From NCBI GenBank assembly GCA_965209055.1, contig OZ242374.1, forward strand, positions 1,888,001-1,952,000: a DNA stretch of 64,000 bases. The letters run 5' to 3'. Of the stretch, positions 55,254-64,000 are shown in pieces (the stretch's first letter is position 1; each line of letters begins with the position of its first letter). This stretch comes from Acidobacteriota bacterium. Lineage in GTDB: Bacteria > Acidobacteriota > UBA6911 > RPQK01 > JAJDTT01. A program made the position numbers and the translations under genes. The notes under the pieces were generated by a model. The model was not told where the DNA came from. It was given only the letters and a program-made list of their open reading frames with translations, and did not search any database.

Positions 55254-56366
55254 ATGAGAAACAGGCGCCGCAGCGACGGGCGATCCGATGGCCTGGTCCC
55301 CATCGAGAGCCTTCCCATAGAAGAGATCGCCACCGTTCCCGAACTGTTGCGAGCCATGTCCCGGACCGCCTTCGGGGGGCGGAACCTGGGAGAGGCTTTC
55401 CAGGTCCTCCTGGAGATGATCCGCGACCGGGGATGCCGTGTGGTCCTGACCGTTTCCGGGGCCATGACCGTGGCCAAGCAGGGACGGATCATCTGCCGGA
55501 TGCTGGACCGGGGTTGGGTGGATGCCGTGGTCGCCACCGGCGCCCTCATCGCCCACGGGCTTACCGAGTCGCTGGGACTCGTCCACTACCGCTGCGAGAG
55601 CCGCCATTCCGACGAGTATCTCTACCGCCGGGGCTACAACCGGATCTACGATACTCTGGAGATGGAGCGGAACCTGGACGACGTGGAGGAACTCCTCCAT
55701 TCGGTCCTGACCCGGGAGGAGCCGGAAGGCGGAACCTGGTCGTCAGCCGGCCTCTGCCGGGCGCTGGGACGGCGGTTGAGCGAGGATGACCGGGGTCCGG
55801 GGATTCTCGGCAGCGCCTTCCGCAGTGGCGTCCCGGTCTTCATTCCCGCCTTTACCGACAGCGAAATCGGACTGGACCTGGCCAACTGGGCCATGGAAAG
55901 GGAGATGCCGGGCACATGGGAGGGCCGGGAAGCGGCTGAACCGGATGAGATCTTCCGGGCGGTTCCTCCCTTCAATCCGTTCCTGGACCTGCAGGAATAT
56001 GCCCGGTTCGCCGCCGCCGCCCCGCGATTGGGGATCTTCACCATCGGCGGAGGAGTCCCCCGCAACTGGGCGCAGCAGGTGGGCCCCTACTTCGAGGTGG
56101 CCGTGAACCGCCTGGGAATCCGCCGTCCGCCGCCCCGCTTCCGCTATGGCGTCCGCATCTGTCCGGAACCGGATCATTGGGGCGGGCTCTCGGGCTGCAG
56201 CTATGCGGAGGGGGTCAGCTGGGGTAAATTCGTCTCTCCCGAGGAGGGCGGACGCTACGCCGAGGTCCACGCCGACGCGACCCTGGTCTGGCCGCTGTTG
56301 ATGAGGGGACTTCTGGAGGAGTTGGGTGACGCCGGCGTCGCCCCAGCGAATCGAGGTGAATCATGA
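55254..56366 (+). CDS. speY: Deoxyhypusine-synthase-like protein, probable homospermidine synthase
   Basis: SGAMTVAK, NRIYD, PAFTDSEIG, GGGVPRNWAQQ, GGLSGC..EGVSWGK. Confidence 0.8.
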   Translation: MRNRRRSDGRSDGLVPIESLPIEEIATVPELLRAMSRTAFGGRNLGEAFQVLLEMIRDRGCRVVLTVSGAMTVAKQGRIICRMLDRGWVDAVVATGALIAHGLTESLGLVHYRCESRHSDEYLYRRGYNRIYDTLEMERNLDDVEELLHSVLTREEPEGGTWSSAGLCRALGRRLSEDDRGPGILGSAFRSGVPVFIPAFTDSEIGLDLANWAMEREMPGTWEGREAAEPDEIFRAVPPFNPFLDLQEYARFAAAAPRLGIFTIGGGVPRNWAQQVGPYFEVAVNRLGIRRPPPRFRYGVRICPEPDHWGGLSGCSYAEGVSWGKFVSPEEGGRYAEVHADATLVWPLLMRGLLEELGDAGVAPANRGES

Positions 56367-56905
56367 GTTCGATTCTTGAGCGAATTGCGGCGGCGGATTC
56401 CGCTCGGAGGCGGATCATCAATGCCAACCGGGGACTGTCGGCTGCTCAGGCCGCCTTCAAGGGGCCGGGCGGCTGGTCGGTCCAGGCGCACATCGAGCAC
56501 CTGGTCCTGTCGGAGCAAAGGGGGGTCCAGCGAATCTGGCTGGCGGCCGAAGGCTTGCGCCGGGGCGTCCCCCTCCACGCGGGCGAAGCAGTGCACCGCG
56601 GCCTCCCCATCGAAGAGGTGATCGCCAATACCTGGAAGCCCAAGGAGAAGGCCATGGTCGAGACCGACCCGGTGGGGGAGGGACCCCTCTCCTATTGGAT
56701 CGCCCGTTACGAAGCCTGCCAGCCCACCCTGGAGCAGATCCCCCAGGTCCTGTCGGGACTGGACCCGTCTCAGGCGCTGGACCTGCACTACCTGTCGGGG
56801 CCCCTGGACGCCTACCAGCGGTTGGAATTCCTCCGGTTCCACACCGACCGCCACTACGACCAGGTCGAACGGCTGAAGCAGGCCGAGGGGTTTCCGGTCC
56901 GGTAA
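56363..56905 (+). CDS. DinB family protein
   Basis: WSVQAHIEHL and H..RH metal-binding motifs; ATGA coupling. Confidence 0.8.
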   Translation: MSSILERIAAADSARRRIINANRGLSAAQAAFKGPGGWSVQAHIEHLVLSEQRGVQRIWLAAEGLRRGVPLHAGEAVHRGLPIEEVIANTWKPKEKAMVETDPVGEGPLSYWIARYEACQPTLEQIPQVLSGLDPSQALDLHYLSGPLDAYQRLEFLRFHTDRHYDQVERLKQAEGFPVR

Positions 56906-56918
56906 TTCGGACCCGAGT

Positions 56919-58238
56919 TCAGAGACCCTCCGTTTCCCAGCCCTTGCGGTAGGGACGGCGCAGGTACTGGTCCGCCTCGGGGACTCCGGCTGCCGTCAGA
57001 TTGGCGCTGTCCCATTTCAACTTCTTGCCGGTTCGGAAGGCCACGTTCCCCAACAGCACCGTCTCGGTCAGGGGGCCCGAGTACGAAAAGTCGGTGGAAG
57101 CCGTGTCCTTCCCCAGAATGGCGTTGACCCACTGGGTGTAGTGACTCTCGTCCGGCTGGGTGGGGAAGACGGTGTCGGCGAAACGTTCCATGGGAAACAG
57201 GATCGGCGTTTGGCCCCCGGCCATCAGCAGGTTCCCCTTCTCGCCGATCAGGAGATTCCCGTTGGCCCAGCCGGGCCAGTCGTCGGGTGCTCCGTAGAGC
57301 TGGCGAGGCGGCCGCATCCCCGCTTCGTACCAGGTCAGGGGCAGGGTCGGCGTCGTGTACCGGGTTCCCGGAAACTCGTAGCGGACGATGGACCAGCGGG
57401 GAGCGCTCTCAGGCAGAGGATCGGTGCCCTCCGCCCGGACGGAGGACGGAGGCCCCAACTCCAGGGCGTTGATGGCGGGATCGATGAGGTGGCAGCCCAT
57501 GTCCCCCAGAGCGCCGGTGCCGAAATCCCACCAGCCCCGCCAGTGAAAGGGATGGTAGACGTCTCCGTCCACATACGGCCTATCGGGCGCCACGCCCAGC
57601 CACAGGTCCCAGTGAACATGGCCGGGCACCGGGTCGCTCCCCGACGGACGTTGTATTTCCTGTTTCCAGTAGGTTCCGGGACGATTGGTCCAGACGTGCG
57701 CTTCCCGGACCTTTCCGATGACCCCGTCGCGGACCACCTGGACGCCGGTCCTCAAGGGGGCCAGGGAGTGATGCTGGATGCCCATCTGGGTCACGACGCC
57801 CTTCTCCTTGGCCAATCGAGTGAGGGCGCGCGCCTCGTGGACCGAGTGGGTCAGGGGCTTTTGCGTGTACACGTGCTTGCCCAGGGACATGGCCTGGTAG
57901 GCGATGGGTGCGTGCATGTGGTCGGGGGTGGAGATGGTCAGGGCGTCGATGTCCTTCTGCTCCAGGAGCTTGCGCCAATCCGTGTATTTCCTGGCGCCGG
58001 GATAGCGCTGGGCGGCCCGTTCCAGCCGCCGCTCGTCGACGTCGCAGATGGCCACCACGTCGTGGCCCAGGGCGCACTCCCCCAGGTCGGTCCAACCCTT
58101 TCCGCCCACGCCGACGCCGGCCAGGCGGAGCCGGGAATGGGAAGATCTCGCCCGGATGATGGCCGGACCCGCCGCCGCGGCCAGGCTTCCCACCCCCAGG
58201 CGCTTCAGGAATGCCCGTCGATTCGATTGCTCCTTCAT
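56919..58238 (-). CDS. Tat-exported Gfo/Idh/MocA oxidoreductase
   Basis: NRRAFLK; GVGGKG; HVYTQKPLTH; GALGDMGCH. Confidence 0.92.
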   Translation of the reverse strand: MKEQSNRRAFLKRLGVGSLAAAAGPAIIRARSSHSRLRLAGVGVGGKGWTDLGECALGHDVVAICDVDERRLERAAQRYPGARKYTDWRKLLEQKDIDALTISTPDHMHAPIAYQAMSLGKHVYTQKPLTHSVHEARALTRLAKEKGVVTQMGIQHHSLAPLRTGVQVVRDGVIGKVREAHVWTNRPGTYWKQEIQRPSGSDPVPGHVHWDLWLGVAPDRPYVDGDVYHPFHWRGWWDFGTGALGDMGCHLIDPAINALELGPPSSVRAEGTDPLPESAPRWSIVRYEFPGTRYTTPTLPLTWYEAGMRPPRQLYGAPDDWPGWANGNLLIGEKGNLLMAGGQTPILFPMERFADTVFPTQPDESHYTQWVNAILGKDTASTDFSYSGPLTETVLLGNVAFRTGKKLKWDSANLTAAGVPEADQYLRRPYRKGWETEGL

Positions 58239-58444
58239 GGCCCGTCTCTCCTCCCTCGAACGGTTCGACGATGTCCCTGTCCAGTCTACTACGATGCCCG
58301 GCCAATCTCCTCCGCCCGGGCCGGGACGAGGTTTGACAACGCCCGGGCCGAAGCCACTTTTGGAAACCCAGGCTTGAGTTTCCGGCCCGGGAACTGGAAC
58401 ATTAGACGGTTTGCGGGAAGAGGCGGTGGCGTAGGAGCGGCGAT

Positions 58445-59503
58445 TTGGAATACCTGATTCCCAGCGAGTGGTTCGATGGACTGTCCCAGTGGATGCTGCT
58501 GTTGCTCGCGGCGGCGTCCGTGGCGGTGTTGGCCAAAGCGGCCGACCTGGTGGTGGAGGGCGCCTCGGGCATCGCCCAGGGCTTGGGCGTTCCCAAGGTA
58601 GTGGTGGGGGCCACCATCGTCTCTCTGGGGACGACCAGTCCCGAATGTGCCGTATCGGTGGTGGCGGCCTGGTCCGGCGAGCCGGGCCTGGCGCTGGGAA
58701 ACGCCGTCGGCTCCATCATCGTCGACTCGGGCCTGATCTTTGGCCTGGGATGCCTTCTGTCCCGGCTTCCGGCGGACCGGTTCATCCTCAACCGGCAGGG
58801 TTGGGTCCAATTCGGCTCCGGTCTGTTGCTCGTGCTCGTCTGCTGGGGCGTCTACAAGATCGCCGGAAACGAGGCCGTCATCGACCGCTCCATGGGGTTC
58901 TTTTTCGTGGCGCTTCTGGCGGCCTACCTCGTTTTTTCGGTTCGCTGGAGCCGGGGCCATCCCGAGCTGGCCGCCCAGATGGGCAGCGAGGCGGGCGACG
59001 TGACCCATGGCACGCTCCAGCTTTGGCTGAGCGTGCTGGCCGGCCTGGTGCTGGTTCTGCTCTCCAGCCGGGTCCTCATCTGCAGCGTCATCGAGTTGGC
59101 CGAGAACCACTGGTTCATCCCCAAGGTGGTGATCGCCGCCACTCTGGTCGCCTTCGGGACGTCGCTTCCCGAGTTGGTGATCGGCATGGCCAGCATCTAC
59201 CGGGGGCACAACGAGTTGCTGGTGGGGAACATCATCGGCGCGGACGTGCTGAACGTCCTGTTCGTGGTGGGGTTCTCGGCCGTAGCGGCCCCGTTGCCGG
59301 TGGTGGAGGCAGGCGCCTCATTGCCCCAGATCCTCCTCTACGTCCACCTGCCCTTCATGTTGGGGATCCTGGTCCTGTTTCGCGTCTTCATCTTCCGGGC
59401 GTCCTCCAGGGGCTGGTTCCAGAGATGGTACGGCGTCCCGCTGCTGCTCATTTACGGGATCTACCTGGTCACGCAGATCTCGTTGGGAACGCTGGGCGAG
59501 TAA
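58445..59503 (+). CDS. Calcium/sodium antiporter (CaCA, YrbG-like)
   Basis: Two alpha repeats GTTSPE...GNAVGS and GTSLPE...GNIIG; AGGAG SD, TTG start. Confidence 0.9.
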   Translation: MEYLIPSEWFDGLSQWMLLLLAAASVAVLAKAADLVVEGASGIAQGLGVPKVVVGATIVSLGTTSPECAVSVVAAWSGEPGLALGNAVGSIIVDSGLIFGLGCLLSRLPADRFILNRQGWVQFGSGLLLVLVCWGVYKIAGNEAVIDRSMGFFFVALLAAYLVFSVRWSRGHPELAAQMGSEAGDVTHGTLQLWLSVLAGLVLVLLSSRVLICSVIELAENHWFIPKVVIAATLVAFGTSLPELVIGMASIYRGHNELLVGNIIGADVLNVLFVVGFSAVAAPLPVVEAGASLPQILLYVHLPFMLGILVLFRVFIFRASSRGWFQRWYGVPLLLIYGIYLVTQISLGTLGE

Positions 59504-59522
59504 CCGTCGAGGCCGCTCCGCC

Positions 59523-60107
59523 TCAGACCTGCCGGTAGCGGAAACAACCGGTGACGTGATCGTTCACCATGCCGGCGGCCTGCATGAAGGCGTAGCAGAT
59601 GGTGGGTCCGGCGAAGCGGAACCCCCGCTTTCCGAGGGATCGGCTCATGGCGCCGGATTCCCAGGTGCTGGCCGGGATCCGGTCCTGGCTCTCAAACGCA
59701 TTGACGCGCGTCCGCCCACCCGTGAACTGCCAGATGTACCGGTCGAATGTCCCGAACTCTTCCTGGACCGCCAGAAAACTGCGGGCATTCCCCACCGTGG
59801 CGACCACCTTGAGCCGGTTGCGAATGATCCCCCGGTCCTGGAGCAGGCGGGCGATCTTCCTCTCGTCGTAACGGCAGATCCGCCGCGGATCGAATCCATC
59901 GAATGCGGTCCGAAAGTTCTCCCTCTTCTTGAGAATCGTCAACCAGCTCAATCCCGCCTGAAAGGCGTCCAGGACCAGGAACTCGAACAACTTCCGGTCG
60001 TCGTGAACCGGAACTCCCCATTCCCGGTCGTGGTACTCAGCAAGAAGCGGATGGCCCGCCGCCCACTGGCACCGCGCCAGGTCACCGGCCGCTGTCTCAA
60101 TCCTCAT
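59523..60107 (-). CDS. tag: DNA-3-methyladenine glycosylase I
   Basis: RCQWA, YHDREWG, QAGLSW, IIRNRLK, GMVNDH..C. Confidence 0.95.
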   Translation of the reverse strand: MRIETAAGDLARCQWAAGHPLLAEYHDREWGVPVHDDRKLFEFLVLDAFQAGLSWLTILKKRENFRTAFDGFDPRRICRYDERKIARLLQDRGIIRNRLKVVATVGNARSFLAVQEEFGTFDRYIWQFTGGRTRVNAFESQDRIPASTWESGAMSRSLGKRGFRFAGPTICYAFMQAAGMVNDHVTGCFRYRQV

Positions 60108-60178
60108 CCTTGATTCTCCAGCCCGGGAATGGTATCCAAATCATGGTATTCCATCCATCCGGAACAGGAGGTGAAACC

Positions 60179-61486
60179 GTGAACAGGCGAAATTTTCTCG
60201 GAGCGAGTTTGGCCGGCGGAGCCGCGATCGGGTCGGCCGCTGCAGCCGGTTTGGGCGGCCGCAAGCGGGTTTCGGCCAATGACAAGGTGACCGTGGCCAT
60301 GATGGGTGTTCGGGGCCGCGGTCCCGTCCTGACCCGGTATTTCGGCGAGATGCCCGACGTGGATCTGGCCTACATCTGCGACGTGGACCAGAACGTGGTG
60401 GGTCCCGCCTTCAAGATCGCGGAGGAGACCCAGAGGAAACGTCCCAAGATGGAGGAGGACATCCGGCGGGTCCTGGACGACAAGTCGGTGGACGCCGTGG
60501 TCATCGCCACCCCCATCCACTGGCACTCTCCCGGAACCATCCTCTGCTGTGAAGCCGGCAAGGACGTCTACGTGGAAAAACCGGTCTCCCACAACGTCCG
60601 CGAGGGCCGTCTCATGGTGGAGGCGGCGCGCAAATACGATCGCGTCGTGCAGGTGGGGACCCAATCCAGGAGCCGGCCCAACACCCACCGCTTCATCGAT
60701 TACGTTCATTCGGGCAAGATCGGCAAGGTGCTCATGGCCAAGGTCTGGAACACCCAGAAGCGCCGGAACATCGGCCACAAGGAGGACGAGCCGGTCCCGT
60801 CCGGCATCAACTACGATCTCTGGAACGGTCCCATCCCGGTGCTCCCCTTCAACCGGAACCACTACAGCGGGACGGTCAATTGGCACTGGCACTACGGATG
60901 CGGAGACCTGGGAAACGACGGTGTCCACTGGATCGACGTGGCGCGTTGGGTCATGAAGGCGGGTCTGCCGAAACACGTCACCGGGGCCGGCCGCAAGCTC
61001 TACTTCGACGACGACCAGCAGACGCCCGACACCCAGACCGTCGTCTTCGACTACGAGGATACGGTCATCCAGTACGAGATGCGGCTCTGGAACCCTTACA
61101 AGATGAACAATGGCCAGAACGGCGTGGAAGTCTACGGCACCGAAGGCAAGGCGGTCGCCGGCTACTTCGACGGACACCGCACGTACGGCTTCCGCGTCTA
61201 CGATTCGAAGCACCGGTTGGTTCGGCAGGAACTGGCCGAAGTCAGGCGGGGCCGGGAACACTACGTCAACTTCATCGACTGTATCCGGACTCGTGAAACG
61301 CCCAATTGCGACGCGGAGGTGGGGCACCTGTCCACATCGCTCTGCCACCTGGGGAACATCGCGGCCCGGACCCGGGGCAGCTTCTCATTCGATCCCGCCA
61401 CCGAGACCATCACGGACGACCCGGAGGCCAACGCCCTGTTGACCCGGGAATACCGCGATCACTGGTCGACCCGGTTGGTGACTTAG
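60179..61486 (+). CDS. Tat-exported Gfo/Idh/MocA oxidoreductase
   Basis: AGGAGGT SD plus GTG; NRRNFL; KDVYVEKP; GNDGVHWID. Confidence 0.92.
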   Translation: MNRRNFLGASLAGGAAIGSAAAAGLGGRKRVSANDKVTVAMMGVRGRGPVLTRYFGEMPDVDLAYICDVDQNVVGPAFKIAEETQRKRPKMEEDIRRVLDDKSVDAVVIATPIHWHSPGTILCCEAGKDVYVEKPVSHNVREGRLMVEAARKYDRVVQVGTQSRSRPNTHRFIDYVHSGKIGKVLMAKVWNTQKRRNIGHKEDEPVPSGINYDLWNGPIPVLPFNRNHYSGTVNWHWHYGCGDLGNDGVHWIDVARWVMKAGLPKHVTGAGRKLYFDDDQQTPDTQTVVFDYEDTVIQYEMRLWNPYKMNNGQNGVEVYGTEGKAVAGYFDGHRTYGFRVYDSKHRLVRQELAEVRRGREHYVNFIDCIRTRETPNCDAEVGHLSTSLCHLGNIAARTRGSFSFDPATETITDDPEANALLTREYRDHWSTRLVT

Positions 61487-61504
61487 CCCGGCGGACGCAA
61501 CGTC

Positions 61505-62860
61505 TCAGCGGGCGGACAGATCGGCGCAGACGATCGACCGGTTGTTCCGGGCGTAGATGGACCGGTTGGCGAACGCGGGGTGCGACCAGACGGTGAGGCG
61601 CCTCCGGACGGGAACCACCGGTTCGATCAGGGTGGTCCGGCTCGTCTCCTGGTAGCCTTCGGGCGTGAGCCGGGCGAAGATCATCTCACCCTGCTCGTTG
61701 AGGATGATGAACCGGTTCTGGTGGCGGACCAGGAAGGCGTTCCACCAGCGTCCCTTTCCCGTGGCTTTCAGTGTCTCCCACACCCGCTGTCCCGTCAGCG
61801 CGTCCAGGCAGCGAAGCTGACCGTAGCTGTCCACACCGTAGAGATGCCCCCGGTCCAGGACCGGCGTGCACATGAGGGAGTGCAGGCCGTCGGTCTCGAT
61901 CTCGCTGGTGCTTCTGCCCTTCCAGAGGAGCGCTGCCGAAGGCCGATCGGCGCCGGTGCGCATCATGAGAGGCCCGTCGTAAAAGGCGCTCACGAACAGG
62001 AGGTTCCGGTCGGGATCGAAAATGGGGGTGGCCAGGGTGAGCCCGTTGCGGACGGGGAACTCCCGGCTCCAGTAGGTTTGTCCCGTCTCCGGATCGAGGC
62101 CGTAGAGTCCTTTTGGATTCCAGATGATGAGCTGGCGGGCGCCGCCGAACTCAAAGATGACCGGGGCCGAGTAGCCCGGTTCGTCGGCTTCCAGTGATCG
62201 CCAGATCTCGCGGCCGGTCTCCTTGTCCAGGGCCATGACGCAGCGGTTCTCGCTTCCTCCGGCGATCACGATCAGCTTGCGGCCGTCCACCAGGGGGGCG
62301 GCGGAAAATCCCCAGACAGGCGGCTGGGCGCCGAAATCCCGGATGTAGTTCCGGGACCACTGGACCTCTCCGGTGGCGGCGTCCAGGCAGATGAGGTCAC
62401 CCATGGCCCCGAGTGTGTAGACCTTGCCCTGATCCACGGTGGGAGTGGTGCGAGGCCCTTGCGGGTAGGAGATCTCGTAGTCGCAGGCGTATTCGTGCTT
62501 CCAGAGAGTGGCTCCGGTCCCGGCGTCCAGGCAGAGCACCCGCTCCCGGTTTCCGCCCGAAGACCGGTCCTCCGAGGCCGGCACCAGGTCGGTGACGTAG
62601 AGCCGGTTCCCCACCACCGCCGGACCGGCATAGCCCTGGCCGATCTCCATCCGCCATTTGAAGTTCAACCGCTCAGGGAGTTCGGAGACGATCCCGCTCT
62701 CCCGCCAGACTCCATCCCGATTCGGCCCCCTCCATTGGGGCCAGTCCTCGCCTTGAGCGACTTGCGGGATCAACACCGCCCAGATCAGACATGAGCAGAT
62801 CAGAGGAGGGCGGAGGACGCGGGATGCGAGCAGGAACGAGCCGATGATGTGATTCTTCAT
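61505..62860 (-). CDS. PQQ-like beta-propeller protein
   Basis: EDWPQWRGPNRDG; GPRTTP; WSHPAFAN. Confidence 0.85.
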   Translation of the reverse strand: MKNHIIGSFLLASRVLRPPLICSCLIWAVLIPQVAQGEDWPQWRGPNRDGVWRESGIVSELPERLNFKWRMEIGQGYAGPAVVGNRLYVTDLVPASEDRSSGGNRERVLCLDAGTGATLWKHEYACDYEISYPQGPRTTPTVDQGKVYTLGAMGDLICLDAATGEVQWSRNYIRDFGAQPPVWGFSAAPLVDGRKLIVIAGGSENRCVMALDKETGREIWRSLEADEPGYSAPVIFEFGGARQLIIWNPKGLYGLDPETGQTYWSREFPVRNGLTLATPIFDPDRNLLFVSAFYDGPLMMRTGADRPSAALLWKGRSTSEIETDGLHSLMCTPVLDRGHLYGVDSYGQLRCLDALTGQRVWETLKATGKGRWWNAFLVRHQNRFIILNEQGEMIFARLTPEGYQETSRTTLIEPVVPVRRRLTVWSHPAFANRSIYARNNRSIVCADLSAR

Positions 62861-62926
62861 GGTGGGGACCTCAGTTGAGAGATTCGAGGTCAAAGAGTAT
62901 GCCGGGAAAGCGTTTCCCGCAAGGGA

Positions 62927-62984
62927 GGAGCGGCGACTTTCCTGTCGCCGTCCCGGGGCGGTTAGGGGAGACTGAAGTCCCCCC
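62927..62984. repeat. REPIN-like pair of palindromes
   Basis: GGAG-CGGCGAC-TTTCCT-GTCGCCG ... GGGGAGACT-GA-AGTCCCCCC. Confidence 0.75.
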
Positions 62985-63098
62985 CTTTACACTTTCCCTT
63001 TCGACCCTCCCCCCCTCTGCCCTTCAAGCACATCCCCGCTCCAAGGGCCGGAAATCTCACCCCCGAACTGATAAGTTCTCAACTCGGAATCGAATCCC

Positions 63099-64000
63099 AT
63101 GGCGAACAAAAAAGCTTCAAACTTCGGCTCGGCCCCAATCCAGGGCACTTCGGGGTCCGATTGGGTCCGGCGGGGGGGCCTTCTCCTGGGTCCGCTGCTC
63201 TACCTGTGCGTTCTCTGGCTGGGGCGGGGAGCGCTCCAGGGAGAGGCGCTGGCCGTGGGAGCCGTGGCTCTCTGGATGGCCTGTTGGTGGATGACCGAGG
63301 CGATACCGCTCCCGGCCACCGCCCTGCTTCCCATCGTCCTTTTCCCCGCGAGCGGAGTCGTGCCGGCCAAGGAGGTGACCCTCTCCTATGGCCACCCCGT
63401 CATCTTCCTGTTCCTGGGCGGGTTCCTGCTTTCGGCGGCATTCAAGAAATCGGGTCTCGCGCGCCGCGTCGCCCTCAGGGCCGTCGGGTTGTTCGGCCTG
63501 CACCCCCGCCGTGTCGTCCTGGGCGTCATGTCCGCCACGGCGCTCCTCTCCATGTGGATCTCCAACACGGCGTGCGTGGTGATGATGGTTCCCATTGCCC
63601 TGGGGGTGGTGACCCAGGTGCAGGGTCCGGGTGGGGGCTCCGGGTCCCACTTCGGCAAGGCCATGATGCTGGGAGTGGCCTATGCGGCCTCAATCGGAGG
63701 GTTGGGAACCATCGTAGGCAGTCCTCCCAACGCCATCTTCGTGGGTTATCTCGAGTCCGGCATGGGACGAACGGTGTCCTTCCTGGACTGGATGCTCTAC
63801 GGAGTTCCGCTGGTAGCCGTGGGAGTCCCCGTGGCCTGGTTCTACCTGACCCGGATGGCCTGTCCCTTGGGGCGGGGACGCCGTCCCGGCTCCGGCAGCA
63901 GCCTCATTCGGCGTGAACTCGCCTCCCTGGGCGCCATGGGAACCGCCGAGAAGAGAGTCCTCCTGATCTCCGCCTCTGTGGCCGGCCTCTGGATCTTGCG
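63099..64000 (+). CDS. DASS/SLC13 sodium:dicarboxylate or sulfate symporter (runs off the window; absent from the ORF track)
   Basis: Read directly: WWMTEAIPLPATALLP, FLFLGGF, LSMWISNTA, AYAASIGGLGTIVGSPPN. Confidence 0.88.
   Translation, partial: MANKKASNFGSAPIQGTSGSDWVRRGGLLLGPLLYLCVLWLGRGALQGEALAVGAVALWMACWWMTEAIPLPATALLPIVLFPASGVVPAKEVTLSYGHPVIFLFLGGFLLSAAFKKSGLARRVALRAVGLFGLHPRRVVLGVMSATALLSMWISNTACVVMMVPIALGVVTQVQGPGGGSGSHFGKAMMLGVAYAASIGGLGTIVGSPPNAIFVGYLESGMGRTVSFLDWMLYGVPLVAVGVPVAWFYLTRMACPLGRGRRPGSGSSLIRRELASLGAMGTAEKRVLLISASVAGLWIL

Overview
High-GC bacterial chromosomal segment whose gene content points to Acidobacteriota. This is an inference from the Oar-type TonB-dependent receptor, TPR/CRTAC1/FG-GAP/PQQ-propeller genes, a PVC-type heme dehydrogenase and several Gfo/Idh/MocA oxidoreductases. 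About 50 genes are supported, mostly for catabolism, periplasmic functions and transport: fused glcDE plus glcF, a TPP enzyme, modABC with an XRE-PBP regulator, uxuA, a speY-like gene, tag, and SSS/MATE/CaCA/DASS transporters. I saw no rRNA, tRNA, CRISPR array, integrase or transposase. The most unusual structure is at 3.6-6.6 kb, where a lone cytoplasmic subtilase gene sits between two diverged ~0.8 kb direct repeats. Each repeat reads terminator - small hendecad coiled-coil membrane gene - glcF tail, and the two decay reciprocally, like a giant target duplication or a Campbell-type insertion. Other notable signals: a GGAG-palindrome REP/REPIN family at 7 loci; a recurrent TAGACT -10 motif with probable leaderless starts; a palindromic operator over the promoter of the molybdate regulator; a RES toxin whose antitoxin has a 168-bp internal duplication; a degenerate aspartokinase-like ORF; a signal-peptide-bearing DapA-family enzyme; and a MazF remnant. 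All calls are by eye from the sequence and motifs, with no database searches.
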